NCBI GenBank assembly: GCA_036012755.1
Contig: DASCPX010000091.1
Coordinates: 1-64,000 of the forward strand
Length of the DNA: 64,000 bases
Reading direction: 5' to 3'
Source of the DNA: Myxococcota bacterium
Lineage (GTDB): Bacteria > Myxococcota_A > UBA796 > CAJQPC01
Within the stretch, counting starts at the first letter, position 1. Each line of letters starts with the position of its first letter. The position numbers and the translations under genes were made by a program. The notes under the pieces were generated by a model. It saw only the letters and a list, made by a program, of their open reading frames with translations, was not told the origin of the DNA and searched no databases. Positions 1 to 10,190 of the stretch are shown piece by piece.

Positions 1-1
1 C

Positions 2-133
2 AGGAACCACTTCCGAATCGCCCTGGGCAGCGCCGGCGAGGTGTTCGCGGTCTTTCAGATGCTGCGGCTGGACACGGAGCTGCAGGGCGACCTCCAGCGC
101 ATCGGCGCCATGCTCAGCGGGCTCGCCCGCTGA
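2..133 (+). CDS. four helix bundle protein (23S rRNA IVS-like family), 5'-truncated by window edge
   Basis: Frame 2 reads RNHFRIALGSAGEVFAVFQMLRL...LQRIGAMLSGLAR*; the F-x-I-A-x-G-S-x-x-E motif and C-terminal helix are typical of this family. Confidence 0.7.
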   Translation, partial: RNHFRIALGSAGEVFAVFQMLRLDTELQGDLQRIGAMLSGLAR

Positions 134-266
134 GCCCACACCTTGGGACCGATGCTGCACCAGACGCGCGCGAACCTCGGGCGTGTCCCCGCCAGCGGGC
201 AACAACTCGGTCACACCGACGGACCTCTGGGGACAACCAGCTAGATGCGGACCCATGGAGGTCTCC

Positions 267-1814
267 ATGCGCTTCGCGCTCGTCAGTGTGTCGGACAAGA
301 CCGGCGTCGATGTCCTCGGTCGGGGGCTCGTCGAGCTCGGCTTCACCATCCTCTCCACCGGCGGGACCGCCAAGGCGCTGCTCGCCGCGGGGGTCGAGGT
401 GACCAAGGTCTCCGAGCACACCGGGGCAAGCGAGGTCTTCGGCGGTCGGGTCAAGAGCCTGCACCCGAAGATCCATGGCGGCATCCTCGGCCGACGGGGC
501 ACGGACGACGCCGAGGCGGCCGCCAACGACATCGGGTGGATCGACCTCGTCGCCTGCAACCTCTACCCCTTCGAGGCGACGATCTCCAAGGCGGGAGTCG
601 GGCTGGCCGAGGCCGTAGAGAACATCGACATCGGCGGGCCCTCGATGGTGCGCTCGGCGGCGAAGAACCACGCGGACGTCGCGGTCGTCGTCGATCCGAG
701 CGACTACGAGCTGGTCCTCGAAGCGCTGCGCAGCGACAGCCTGGACGGGGAGCTCCGGCGCCGGCTGGCGGTGAAGGCCTTCCGGCACACGGCTGCCTAC
801 GACGGGCTCATCTCGACCTGGCTCGCCGAGCAGGCTGGCATCGCCGACATGGCGGAGGGCGGCATCCCACTGCGGCGCCTCCAGGCCCTGCCGAAGGGCG
901 AGAACGGGCACCAGCGGGCGAGCTTCTACGTGCAGCCCGGCGCCACCGGGCGCAGCCTGGCCAGGGTCGAGCAGCTCCAGGGCAAGGACATGTCCTTCAA
1001 CAACTGGGCTGACCTCGACGCCACGTTGCGCTGCGCCTTCGAGTTCGACGAGGCCCCCGCCTGCGTCATCGTGAAGCACATGAACCCCTGCGGGGTCGGT
1101 CTTCACAGCGACGGACCCGCCAGGGCTTTCGAGCTAGCGCTCTCAGGCGATCCGATCAGCGCCTTCGGCGGCATCGTGGCTTTCAATCGGCCCCTGTCCG
1201 CGGACGACGTGCGGACGATCCGAAAGGCACGCACCATGTTCGAGATCGTCGCGGCGCCCGGCTTCTCGGACGAGGCCCTCGCGCTCTTCGCACCCCGCAA
1301 GAACCTGCGCGTCATGCGGCTCCCAGAGGACTGGGCGGGCTCCCGCCCCAGCGGGATGGACGGCCGCCGGGTGCAGGGCGGCTGGCTGCTGCAGGACTGG
1401 GACCTCGGCGCCGAGATCGCCTGGAACGTGGCCACGAAGGCCAAGCCCACCGACGAGCAGGTTCGGGCGCTCCAGTTCGCGTGGAAGGTCGTCCGAAACG
1501 TGAAGTCGAACGCCATCGTGCTCGCCAGGACAGAAGACGGCGGCTGCGTGCTCAACGGCACCGGCGCTGGCCAGATGAGCCGCGTCGACAGCGTGAAGCT
1601 GAGCATCGTGAAGGCCACCCGGCCGATCCCGGGCAGCGTGCTCGCCAGCGATGCCTTCTTCCCCTTCCCGGACGGAGTCCAGGCCGCGGCGGAGGCTGGC
1701 GTCACGGCCATCATCCAGCCCGGCGGCTCCAAGAAGGACGGCGAGGTCATCGCCGCCGCCGACGCAGCCGGGGTCGCGATGGTGCTCACGGGCGCGAGGC
1801 ACTTCCGGCACTGA
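267..1814 (+). CDS. purH: bifunctional phosphoribosylaminoimidazolecarboxamide formyltransferase/IMP cyclohydrolase
   Basis: ALVSVSDKTG, STGGT, GGRVKSLHP, ENIDIGGPSMVRSAAKN, KHMNPCG, GAGQMSRVDS, ASDAFFPFPD, C-terminal RHFRH; GGAGG RBS at 257-261 before ATG 267. Confidence 0.97.
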   Translation: MRFALVSVSDKTGVDVLGRGLVELGFTILSTGGTAKALLAAGVEVTKVSEHTGASEVFGGRVKSLHPKIHGGILGRRGTDDAEAAANDIGWIDLVACNLYPFEATISKAGVGLAEAVENIDIGGPSMVRSAAKNHADVAVVVDPSDYELVLEALRSDSLDGELRRRLAVKAFRHTAAYDGLISTWLAEQAGIADMAEGGIPLRRLQALPKGENGHQRASFYVQPGATGRSLARVEQLQGKDMSFNNWADLDATLRCAFEFDEAPACVIVKHMNPCGVGLHSDGPARAFELALSGDPISAFGGIVAFNRPLSADDVRTIRKARTMFEIVAAPGFSDEALALFAPRKNLRVMRLPEDWAGSRPSGMDGRRVQGGWLLQDWDLGAEIAWNVATKAKPTDEQVRALQFAWKVVRNVKSNAIVLARTEDGGCVLNGTGAGQMSRVDSVKLSIVKATRPIPGSVLASDAFFPFPDGVQAAAEAGVTAIIQPGGSKKDGEVIAAADAAGVAMVLTGARHFRH

Positions 1815-1866
1815 GGGTCAGGAGCACCAACCCGCTGGTGTGCTCCAGACGTGTTCCAATCCCCTC

Positions 1867-2739
1867 GTGCTGCTCTTCCTGCTCGCGGCTGCTCCCAGCA
1901 AGCACCGGCTCGCTGCGGCCGTCGAGGCATACCTCGCCGGGGACATGAGCTCCGTCGAGGAGCTGGAGGCGCTCCACGCCGAGCGCCCCCTCGACGACGA
2001 GGTCGCCCTCTGGCTCGCCATCGCGCGGGTCGAGTCCAGGCGCTGTGCCGAGGGCGCGGCGCTGTTGAAGGGCCGAAGCCCCGACGCCCGAGGGGCCGCC
2101 TGGCGGGGCATGGCCGCCCGCTGCCTCGGACGGGATCCACAGCCCGCCTTCGAGGAGGCCTACGGAGCCCTGCTCCCGACCGATCCCCTGCGACGCCGCG
2201 TGGCCAGCGGCCTCGGGCTGGCCGTGCTCGATACGGACCCGGCGCGCGCCGCGGCCTTGCTCGCCGAGGGGGGAGGGGACCCGCGAGAGCACTTCTCGGA
2301 CGCACCCGATGTGCTCGGCCTGCCCGGTCTGCCCGACCTGCTCGTCAGCTACGGCGGCCAGCGCTGGCGCATCCGCGAGGGGCTGGCGCGACCCACCTCA
2401 GAGGTGCCCCCCGGCTGCGGTCTCAGCGCCGGCCCCGAGGGGGTCTACCAGGACGGCGAGCTCCTCTTGCCAGCGCCCGCGGACAGCGTGGACGTCCAGG
2501 CACGCTGCAGCCCCTCGGGAGACGTGTGGCTCCTGCGTCATGGCTCCGAGGGGGCGGTCCTCCACGGTCCGGACCTCATCGAGGCTTACGAGGGCATCGT
2601 CCGCTTCGACGTGGGCGAGGAGCTCGTCGTCGCTTCCTTCCTGGTCGGCAGCGAGGTCCGCCTGGCTCGCCTCAGCGGGGGTGAGACCGTCTACTACGAC
2701 TCACCGCTGACGCTCACAGACCCCGAGTTCCCAGACTGA
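1867..2739 (+). CDS. hypothetical secreted protein with N-terminal TPR-like helices
   Basis: Codon-biased frame of ORF 1651..2739; start moved to GTG 1867 (MLLFLLAAAP) after the purH stop; Ala/Leu helical repeats, then a beta-rich C-terminus. Confidence 0.6.
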   Translation: MLLFLLAAAPSKHRLAAAVEAYLAGDMSSVEELEALHAERPLDDEVALWLAIARVESRRCAEGAALLKGRSPDARGAAWRGMAARCLGRDPQPAFEEAYGALLPTDPLRRRVASGLGLAVLDTDPARAAALLAEGGGDPREHFSDAPDVLGLPGLPDLLVSYGGQRWRIREGLARPTSEVPPGCGLSAGPEGVYQDGELLLPAPADSVDVQARCSPSGDVWLLRHGSEGAVLHGPDLIEAYEGIVRFDVGEELVVASFLVGSEVRLARLSGGETVYYDSPLTLTDPEFPD

Positions 2740-3356
2740 TGGCCCTGTGGTGGGCCCATCTCCGTGTCGCCGAGCGCGCACACGCCCAGCTGGCGCACCT
2801 CGACCTCACCGAGCTGAAGTGGGGAGCGATCTGTCCTGATGTCGACAAGGTCTCCAGCGTCGCGCGTGAGCTCAGCCACTACAGCGCCGAGGCGCCCGAC
2901 CCAGAGGACTTCATCGACGCGGTGGGCCTGGAACCCGCAGTGGCCCGGGCCCATCGCAGCTTCCTCGCCGGCTACCTCTCCCACCTCGCCATGGACGAGG
3001 CCTGGTACGCACACCTCGGGCGCCTGCTCGCAGAGCACCCGATCGAAGGCTGGGGCCGGCAGAGCGCCAGGGCCTGGAACGTCGCGGTCGACGTCGGGCT
3101 GGCGGGGGATCCCTTCACGCCGCCGGAGCACCGCATCGAGCACGTGCTCCCCCACCTCCGGGACACAAGCGACACCATGCGCATGGCGGCTGTCGGCTAC
3201 ACGAGCTGGACCACCACGCCCATGGAAGGACCCGACGGTGAGCGGGCTGCGGCCCTGCTGGAGCACACGGGCACCTCGCGACTGTTGCAGGAATGCGAGG
3301 ACTTCGTCGTGGTGGCCCTTCGTCGCTTCCTCGACGATCTGGAGCGTCGATGCTGA
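2739..3356 (+). CDS. zinc-dependent phospholipase C family protein
   Basis: N-terminal WAH, GAICPDVD, SHY and GYLSHLAMD match the metal-ligand pattern of the Zn-dependent PLC/S1-P1 superfamily. Confidence 0.7.
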   Translation: MALWWAHLRVAERAHAQLAHLDLTELKWGAICPDVDKVSSVARELSHYSAEAPDPEDFIDAVGLEPAVARAHRSFLAGYLSHLAMDEAWYAHLGRLLAEHPIEGWGRQSARAWNVAVDVGLAGDPFTPPEHRIEHVLPHLRDTSDTMRMAAVGYTSWTTTPMEGPDGERAAALLEHTGTSRLLQECEDFVVVALRRFLDDLERRC

Positions 3357-5086
3357 AGCGCGATCTCGTGCTCACGCTGCTGCTCTCTGCTTGCGTCCTG
3401 GCGGTCGCCGTCTGGCAGTGCGGACTCCTGGAGCACGGCTGGTCCACACCCCCGCCGGTCGGAGCTGGGGAAGACTGGGACTGGCAGCTGACCCAGATCG
3501 AGGTCGCCCGGCGCGCGCTCCTCGCCGGTCAGTTCCCGGGCTGGAACCCCTTCACCCAAGGAGGTCAGCCCCTTTGGGCCAACCCGGAGCTGAGCCCGCT
3601 CACTGTGCTGTTGGCCATCCCGCTCGGCACGGTGCCCGCGATGAAGGCGATGGTCCTGCTGCACCTCGCGGTGCTCTGCCTCGGCTGGGCGCTGTTGGCC
3701 CGCGACCTGCGCATCTCCGGCGTCGTGGCCCAGCTCCCAGCTCTGTTCTGCCTGGGCTCGGCCTTCCTGGCCGAGTTCCTCATGGCCGCGCACATCATGT
3801 TCTTCGCGGTCGCCTGGCTGCCGCTGGTGTGGCTCTCCCACAGGCGCGGAAAGCCCCACTTCGCCGGCCTCTTCCTCGCGCTGAGCCTCTACGCCGGCGG
3901 CCACTACATCGTCTTCTACGGGGCGTTGCTGCTCGCTGCGGTCGGGCTCGTCGGGGTCGCTCGCTCCTGGCGGCTGCGACCGCTTGCCGTCGTCCTGTTG
4001 GCCAACGGACTGCTCTTCGACCTCAGCGCGCCCTGGCTGAAGTGGGTCCTCGCGGCGACCGTCGGCTGGACCCTGCTCCCGCCGCTCTTGTGTCTCGCAG
4101 AGGGTCGGCGGCCCCGTGTCGACCTGCGGCCGCTCTTGCTCGCTGCCGTCGCGCTGTCGATCGCGGCCCTGCTGGCGGCGCCAAGGTGGCTGCCGCTCTA
4201 CCCACTCATGGACAGCATCGAGAGGCTCCAGCACGGCCAGATCGGTGCCGTGGCCGATCCCTGGACCCTCGCTGGCGCCTACGAACACCTCGTCGCGGAC
4301 AGTCGACCGCACCACGAGCTGCCCAACAGCTTCTACTCGCCGATACCGGTCCTGCTGGCGGCCGCAGCGGTCCTCTTCGTCGCCTGGAAGCGACCGCGGC
4401 TGGCTGTGGTGACCCTGTTGTTCTGGAACTTCGGCTGGGCCGGCGCCGGGCCCATGAACCTCTGGGAGCCGCTCCAGGCCCTCCCGGGCTTCGACCAGCT
4501 GCGCACGCCGGAGCGGCTCGCGCTGTTGTGGACGCCGCTCTTGGGCCTGTGCGTCGCGGCGCTCGTAGACGCCACCCGCAAGGTCCACCCGCTGGTCACC
4601 CTCGCGCCATCCATCCTCGTAGGCATCTGGCTCTACGAGGCCCTCCCGGCGGCGAAGCAGACCCAACGCATGGGCGGCCAGGCCCACCCGGAGCAACGCG
4701 ACGGTCCCTTCACCCAGCTCGCCGAGTGCCCGGACAGCAACTGGGCCCACGTCCTGCGCAACGAAGGCTGCCTGAACCACGGCTCCGCGATCGCGCTGGA
4801 GCCGGCCGCCGGCTTGTGGGAGGGCCCTGGCGCCGAGCTCGTCGGCGTGGGCTTTCGCGTCGATGGCCCCGGCGTGCTCGACCAGAACTTCGTGCCGGGA
4901 TGGCCCGGTGAGTCACCCGAGGGCCTCGTCGAGGTCGACCTCCCGGCCGGGAGCCTGGTCCAGTACCGGCCGCCCCTGCTCGGCTGGAGTGCGCTTCTGT
5001 TCGCCCTCGGAGCCCTCTCCATGGTTGGGGTGGCGCGGGCGACGCGGCGGACGGATCCGCACCATCGTGATGATCCGACCGGGTAG
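3350..5086 (+). CDS. polytopic membrane protein, GT-C/YfhO-like glycosyltransferase
   Basis: Many TM helices; EDWD loop followed by FPGWNPF..GGQPLWANPE, LRTPER, and C-terminal QNFVPGW...YRPP. Confidence 0.6.
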   Translation: MLKRDLVLTLLLSACVLAVAVWQCGLLEHGWSTPPPVGAGEDWDWQLTQIEVARRALLAGQFPGWNPFTQGGQPLWANPELSPLTVLLAIPLGTVPAMKAMVLLHLAVLCLGWALLARDLRISGVVAQLPALFCLGSAFLAEFLMAAHIMFFAVAWLPLVWLSHRRGKPHFAGLFLALSLYAGGHYIVFYGALLLAAVGLVGVARSWRLRPLAVVLLANGLLFDLSAPWLKWVLAATVGWTLLPPLLCLAEGRRPRVDLRPLLLAAVALSIAALLAAPRWLPLYPLMDSIERLQHGQIGAVADPWTLAGAYEHLVADSRPHHELPNSFYSPIPVLLAAAAVLFVAWKRPRLAVVTLLFWNFGWAGAGPMNLWEPLQALPGFDQLRTPERLALLWTPLLGLCVAALVDATRKVHPLVTLAPSILVGIWLYEALPAAKQTQRMGGQAHPEQRDGPFTQLAECPDSNWAHVLRNEGCLNHGSAIALEPAAGLWEGPGAELVGVGFRVDGPGVLDQNFVPGWPGESPEGLVEVDLPAGSLVQYRPPLLGWSALLFALGALSMVGVARATRRTDPHHRDDPTG

Positions 5087-5719
5087 CCAGGCGTAGCGGG
5101 CCTCGACCCTGAAGGAGCCCTCGTCCTCTCTCAAGCGCAGCTCGACCGCGGCGGTGCAGTCGACGTCCGGGCGGACGAGGGCCTCGTCGAAGCCCACGTA
5201 GCGATGCACGTAGGGGTGGAGCGCCTTGTAGACGGCCTCCTTCATCGAGAAGCGCAGCACCAGGGCTGTCCAGCGCCGGTGCTCGGGCAGGGCCATCACG
5301 GCGTCGAGCTCCTCTGGCAGCAGGACACGCTCGGCGATGCCCATGCGCGCAGGGGCGAGGTCTTCGAGATCCAGCCCCAGCCGACCATGGCGGCTCCGGG
5401 CGACCAGCGCCACCGCCAGCGTGCGCTTGTGGCTCAAGGAGCCGCTGAGGCCCCGCGGAAGGACCGGCGCGCCCCAGTCGTCCACCAGGATTGGCGGCGT
5501 GCGACGGTCCATGTCGTCCAGGGCGCCCCGCATCGCGAGACGGCCACCGACCCAGTCGACCTGCCGGTACCCGTTGAGGCTCCGCGCGTGCTGGCGCTCG
5601 CTCTCATCGAGTCGATTCAGGACGTCTTCCGGGACGGGCTCCTTGCTGTCGGGGATGTGGATCGCGGCCAGGTGGCCGAAATGGACCGCCTTCGAGAAGG
5701 CGGCGGAATATGGAATCAC
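4913..5719 (-). CDS. 4'-phosphopantetheinyl transferase (Sfp/EntD-type)
   Basis: GRLA, GAPVLP, SLSH, LGLDLE and FSMKEAVYKA motifs. Confidence 0.9.
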   Translation of the reverse strand: MIPYSAAFSKAVHFGHLAAIHIPDSKEPVPEDVLNRLDESERQHARSLNGYRQVDWVGGRLAMRGALDDMDRRTPPILVDDWGAPVLPRGLSGSLSHKRTLAVALVARSRHGRLGLDLEDLAPARMGIAERVLLPEELDAVMALPEHRRWTALVLRFSMKEAVYKALHPYVHRYVGFDEALVRPDVDCTAAVELRLREDEGSFRVEARYAWLPGRIITMVRIRPPRRPRHPNHGEGSEGEQKRTPAEQGRPVLDQAPGREVDLDEALG

Positions 5720-5730
5720 TGGACGTCAGA

Positions 5731-6627
5731 CTACACCACCTCGGCGGCCAGCGCGGCTGCTCCGAGCAGGCCGAGGCGGGGGTCCGTGACGAGGCACAGG
5801 GGGACGCGCTCGATGCGCTCCGAGAAGCGCCCCTTGTGCGTGAAGGCCTCGACGACGCCTTGGAGATCGAGCCTGGGGGGGATGCCTCCGCAGAGCCAGA
5901 CTCCCCCCGCTGGGAGGAACTGCAGGGCGAGGTTCCCCGCCTGCGCTCCGAGGACCTCGACGAAGCAGCGCCGGGCGGCGATGGCGGCATCGTCATCGCC
6001 GATGGAGACCTCGGTAGGCGAGGAGGGGACCGGGCCGCCGAGACCCTCGTTTCGGAAGAAGGCGTGGAGGTCGAGCAGGCCCTGTCCCGAGAGGACACGC
6101 TCGAGGCTGACGTGGCCGTGGCGCTCCGAGAGGTGACGCCAGAGCCGCAGCTGCTCCTCGCTGTTGGGTGCGAAGTCCGCGTGGCCGCCCTCTCCCGGTA
6201 CGACGCTGTCATCGGCCAACAACAGCGCCTGACCCAGCCCCGTCCCCGGGCCCAGCACCACGGCGACGCCGGGTTCCGGGTCGACGCCGTTGAGCGACCT
6301 CCAGCCGTCGGGGCCCAGGGCACGCACTCCGCGCGCCGCGGCGTGGAAGTCGTTGACGACGCGAGCAGGGCAACCCAGGGCCTCGGCCAGCTCGTCGGCG
6401 TGGAAGCTCCAGCGGTGATTGGTCAGGGTGGCGTGGCCGTCCACGACGGGTCCTGCCACGGCGAGGCAGGCGCCGGAGATGTCGTCATCGCCGACGAAGC
6501 GCCTCAGCGGACCGAGCACGCCGGCGCCCTCCGTGTCCGCGATCTGCCTGCGCAGGAGGCGGCCATCGGCGAACAAAGCCAGCCGGCAGTTGGTTCCTCC
6601 GATGTCTCCGGCGAGCAGCAGCGACAT
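5731..6627 (-). CDS. glk: glucokinase
   Basis: LAGDIGGTNCR, AVAGPV, VNDF, GPGTGLG, GEGGH, ERVLSGQGL, GLLGAA. Confidence 0.92.
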   Translation of the reverse strand: MSLLLAGDIGGTNCRLALFADGRLLRRQIADTEGAGVLGPLRRFVGDDDISGACLAVAGPVVDGHATLTNHRWSFHADELAEALGCPARVVNDFHAAARGVRALGPDGWRSLNGVDPEPGVAVVLGPGTGLGQALLLADDSVVPGEGGHADFAPNSEEQLRLWRHLSERHGHVSLERVLSGQGLLDLHAFFRNEGLGGPVPSSPTEVSIGDDDAAIAARRCFVEVLGAQAGNLALQFLPAGGVWLCGGIPPRLDLQGVVEAFTHKGRFSERIERVPLCLVTDPRLGLLGAAALAAEVV

Positions 6628-6662
6628 GTGGGCGAGACTACATTGGCCGGGTTGGAGGGCTC

Positions 6663-8641
6663 ATGTCGGTGCTCCTCGTCCTGCTCGCTTGCGATCCGGA
6701 CCCCTACAGCTCGGACACCGCGGCCATCGCCTTCGCCGACGAGGACGCGGACGGCTTCGGGGATCTGGACAGCGGCGTGGTCACCTGCACTCGCCCCGAG
6801 AACGAGGCCCTCTATGTCCCGCGGGGCGAGGACTGCGACGACAACGGCTGTCCGGTCGAACACTGCGGGACCATCTCTTCGGACGAGACCTGGTCGGCGA
6901 GCGCCTCCCACACGGTCACTTGCGAGCTCTACGTCCAGGGGAGCGGCAGCCCGGTCCTGACCATCGAGGACGGGGTCACCGTCGAGATCGAGGCCGGCTA
7001 CGGCATCCGCATCGGCAACGGCAGCGCCGGTGCGCTCCACGCCGACGGCTCGACCTCTGGCATCGTCTTCACCTCGGCCGAGTCCTCGCCCGCGGCAGGG
7101 GACTGGGACGGGCTCTACCTGGGTGACGCCCTGGTCGACGCGGACTCCGCGATCACCGGGATCACCGTGGAGTACGGCGGCTACGACGGCTACGGCGGGA
7201 TTCGCATCGGGAACAACAGCATCGAGATCTCCGACTCGGACATCCACGACAACGAGGCCTCCGGCATCTACATCAGCTCCAACGTGACCCCCGTGATCAC
7301 TGGCAGCACCATCGAGGACAACACAGAGGACGGCCTCTACGTGCTGGGCAGTCTAGGAGGCGACAGCGAGTTCACCTCGAACACGGTCACCGGCAACGGC
7401 GGCTACGCGCTGAAGATCTGCCCGAACAAGGTCTACAACCTCGACAGCTCGAGCAGCTACTCCGGAAACACCGAGGGCGGGATCTACGTCTGGGGCGGGA
7501 ACATGAGCGCGAGCGTGACCTGGCAGGCCCTCGACGACAGCTACTACGTCAGCGACTACGTCGACGTGCAGGACGGCTCCACCAACACCACCGGGACCGG
7601 CTCCCCCCACCTGACGATCGAAGACGGCGTGGAGATCCTCTTCGCCGAGAACGCCAGTTCCGCGTCGGGCCCTATGACAGCGTCTACACCTACGGCTCCA
7701 TCGACATCGACGGCAGCTCCACCGGGGTCACCTTCACCTCTGCGGAGTCTTCACCGGCAGCCGGGGACTGGAAGGGGCTCTACTTCGGCCAGGGCCACCG
7801 CAGCGGCAACTCCCAGGTCACCGGCCTGACCATCGAGTATGCAGGCGCAAACGGCAAGGGCTGCGTCTACCTCTACAACGCCAACACGGTGTACTTCGAC
7901 GAGATCACGGTCCAGGACTGCGACAACCACGGGCTCTACGCCAACGACGACAGCTACCCCTCCATCGAGGACAGCACCTTCCAGGACAACGCCGACAACG
8001 GCATCTACGTCTATGCCCTCTCCGACGCGGGCACGCCGAGCTTCACCGGCAACACCCTGACCAACAACGGCGACTACCCCATCCGGCTGGAGGCCGGCAC
8101 GATCTCCGAGCTCTCGGACGACTCCACCTACACCGGCAACGGCACGGACTACGTAGTCGTCGACGGCGGCGAGCTCGACAGCAGCGCCGAGACCTTCCGC
8201 GCGCTGGACGTCGACTACCTCGTGCAGGGCGACGTCACGCTCAGCGGCACCGTCGACATCGAGTCGGGGGTCACGCTCTACATCGACAACGGCGTGCGCT
8301 GGAACCTCGAGGGCACGCTGACGGTGTCCGGCACCAGCTCCGACGAGGTGCTGTTCACGAGCGCCCAGAGCACCCCGGCGGCGGGGGACTGGGAGGGCCT
8401 CCGGACCCAGACCAGCAGCGCCGTGCTGTCCATGGAATACGCCACCGTGGAGTACGGTGGGGCCTCCATGAATGGGACCATCTACTGCTACCGGGCCAGC
8501 AGCATCACGCTTGACAACGTCGCCGTGGACTACAGCGACAGCTACGGGCTCTACTACTACTCGAGCTTGTGTTCGAGCTCCAAGTGGACGCTCAGCTCGA
8601 TGAGCTACACGGGCAACACCTACGGCGAGAAGAACTGGTGA
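6663..8641 (+). pseudogene. right-handed parallel beta-helix surface lipoprotein with MopE-type metal-binding repeat, split by a 1-nt frameshift near 7655 (real lesion or sequencing error)
   Basis: Lipobox LLAC at C10; DEDADGFGD..CT...DCDD repeat; the FTSA(E/Q)SxPAAGDWxGL module occurs three times, the second copy only in the shifted frame that runs into ORF 7889..8641. Confidence 0.8.
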
Positions 8642-9711
8642 TCCTCGCCCTGCTCGGGTGCACGGGGGGGGACGCGAACCGCTACCAGAGCTACCTGCTG
8701 AACGAGGGCGGCGGCTACCGCCTCGGGCCGCGCGAGATCCGCTCCCTGGCCGACCCGGAGCGCATGCGGGGAGCCCTCGGCGATGCCTACGCGGGCGGGG
8801 TGCTGCGCATCGACTTCAACACCTACGAGATCTCCTACGAGGAGGGACGTGAGCTGCAGGTGCAGTACGTCGTCGACGGCGGCGTCGCCAAGCCCCTGGA
8901 CCGCGACGGTCTCATCCTCTTCAGCTTCTACGGCCACATGCAGGACGCCAGGGACACCCTCGGCGACGCCGGAGTCGACATCAACGAGATCTTCCCTGTG
9001 TCCATCGGCGTCACGCCGGCCCTGCCACAGCTCGGTCTCGCGCTCATGCCCGTCGAGAACGCCGCCTACGCTCCCTCCGCCAACGCCTTCATCCTGCTCG
9101 ACGACCTGGAGGATCGAGAGGTCCCCCTGGCAGCCAACGCCGGGGTGGTCACCCACGAGCTCGGACACGGCGTGTTCCACCTGCTGTCCGCTGGCGACCC
9201 CTACGCACCGAAGGCCTTCGACGTGCTCGGCGGAGCGACCCACGGGGTGTCCTCTCTCGACGAGGGCTTCGCCGACATGCTCGCCGGCCTGATCACCGGG
9301 GATCCGGCCTTCATCTCCGCTTCCCTGGCCATGCCAGAGCGGGATCTCTCGGGCGACCAGACCTCGGTCGAGGTCCCCGACGCCGGGGTGCCGCTGCCCG
9401 AGAACAGCGAGGACGTCACCTTCTACGACCCCTACCCCCTGGGCTCGGTCTTCGCGGCCGTGACCTGGGACATCTACGAGGCCACCGGTGACCGCGACGG
9501 GACCCTCGTCCTCATCGCCGCGACGGTCGAGGAGTGGGCCGCCAGAGAGGTGGATGCCCAGGACGGCCTCACGCCAGAGGAGCAGCGCCTCACGGCCTAC
9601 CGGTGGCTGGGTGTGCTCGTGGAGCTGGGCGACGCCCAGCAGTCCGCCGCTGCTTGCGAGAGCATCGGGTGGCGCTTCGCAGATCACCTCGAGGTGGAGG
9701 CCTGCCAGTGA
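8638..9711 (+). CDS. zinc metallopeptidase lipoprotein (thermolysin M4/M36-like gluzincin)
   Basis: ENAAY, HELGH (HExxH) and downstream LDEGFAD third-ligand motif; GTG start overlaps the upstream TGA; MILALLGC lipobox. Confidence 0.75.
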   Translation: MILALLGCTGGDANRYQSYLLNEGGGYRLGPREIRSLADPERMRGALGDAYAGGVLRIDFNTYEISYEEGRELQVQYVVDGGVAKPLDRDGLILFSFYGHMQDARDTLGDAGVDINEIFPVSIGVTPALPQLGLALMPVENAAYAPSANAFILLDDLEDREVPLAANAGVVTHELGHGVFHLLSAGDPYAPKAFDVLGGATHGVSSLDEGFADMLAGLITGDPAFISASLAMPERDLSGDQTSVEVPDAGVPLPENSEDVTFYDPYPLGSVFAAVTWDIYEATGDRDGTLVLIAATVEEWAAREVDAQDGLTPEEQRLTAYRWLGVLVELGDAQQSAAACESIGWRFADHLEVEACQ

Positions 9712-10190
9712 TGATGTGGCTCGTCAGCGTGGCGCTGGCCGATGACAGCATGCTGTGGCGCTCCGACCTCGGCGCGAGCCTCGGACTGGTCGCGGTGAGA
9801 TCCTCGACCGGCAACCACCGCGTCGACCCGGCCCTCGGGCTCTGGGCGCGCAAGGGCTTCGGGTCTGGCTTCGCCGAGCTCGAGCTCGGCATGGCGACGA
9901 ACGCGGACCTCGTCCCGGGTGGCAAGCTGCGCCGGAACCTCTACCGGAGCGCCGTGCTCGTCGGGTGGCGGGGTGGGAGCCGGCCGATGCACGTGAGCCT
10001 CGCCGGCGGAGTCGCGGGCTCGACGATCATCGGAAACGGCGTGATGGCCTTCCAGCCTGGTGTGCGCCTCCGCGGTGACCTGCGCGTGCCGGTGGGCAAG
10101 CGCTCCGTGTTCGTCTGGCAGTCGGGCATGACGACCCGGGGCAGGGGAGCGGACGTCGATGTCGGCATCGGGTGGGGGCTGCGTTGGTGA
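9708..10190 (+). CDS. putative small outer-membrane beta-barrel protein
   Basis: Short signal ending ALA; alternating amphipathic strands; C-terminal GIGWGLRW resembles a beta-signal; GTGA overlap. Confidence 0.55.
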   Translation: MMMWLVSVALADDSMLWRSDLGASLGLVAVRSSTGNHRVDPALGLWARKGFGSGFAELELGMATNADLVPGGKLRRNLYRSAVLVGWRGGSRPMHVSLAGGVAGSTIIGNGVMAFQPGVRLRGDLRVPVGKRSVFVWQSGMTTRGRGADVDVGIGWGLRW

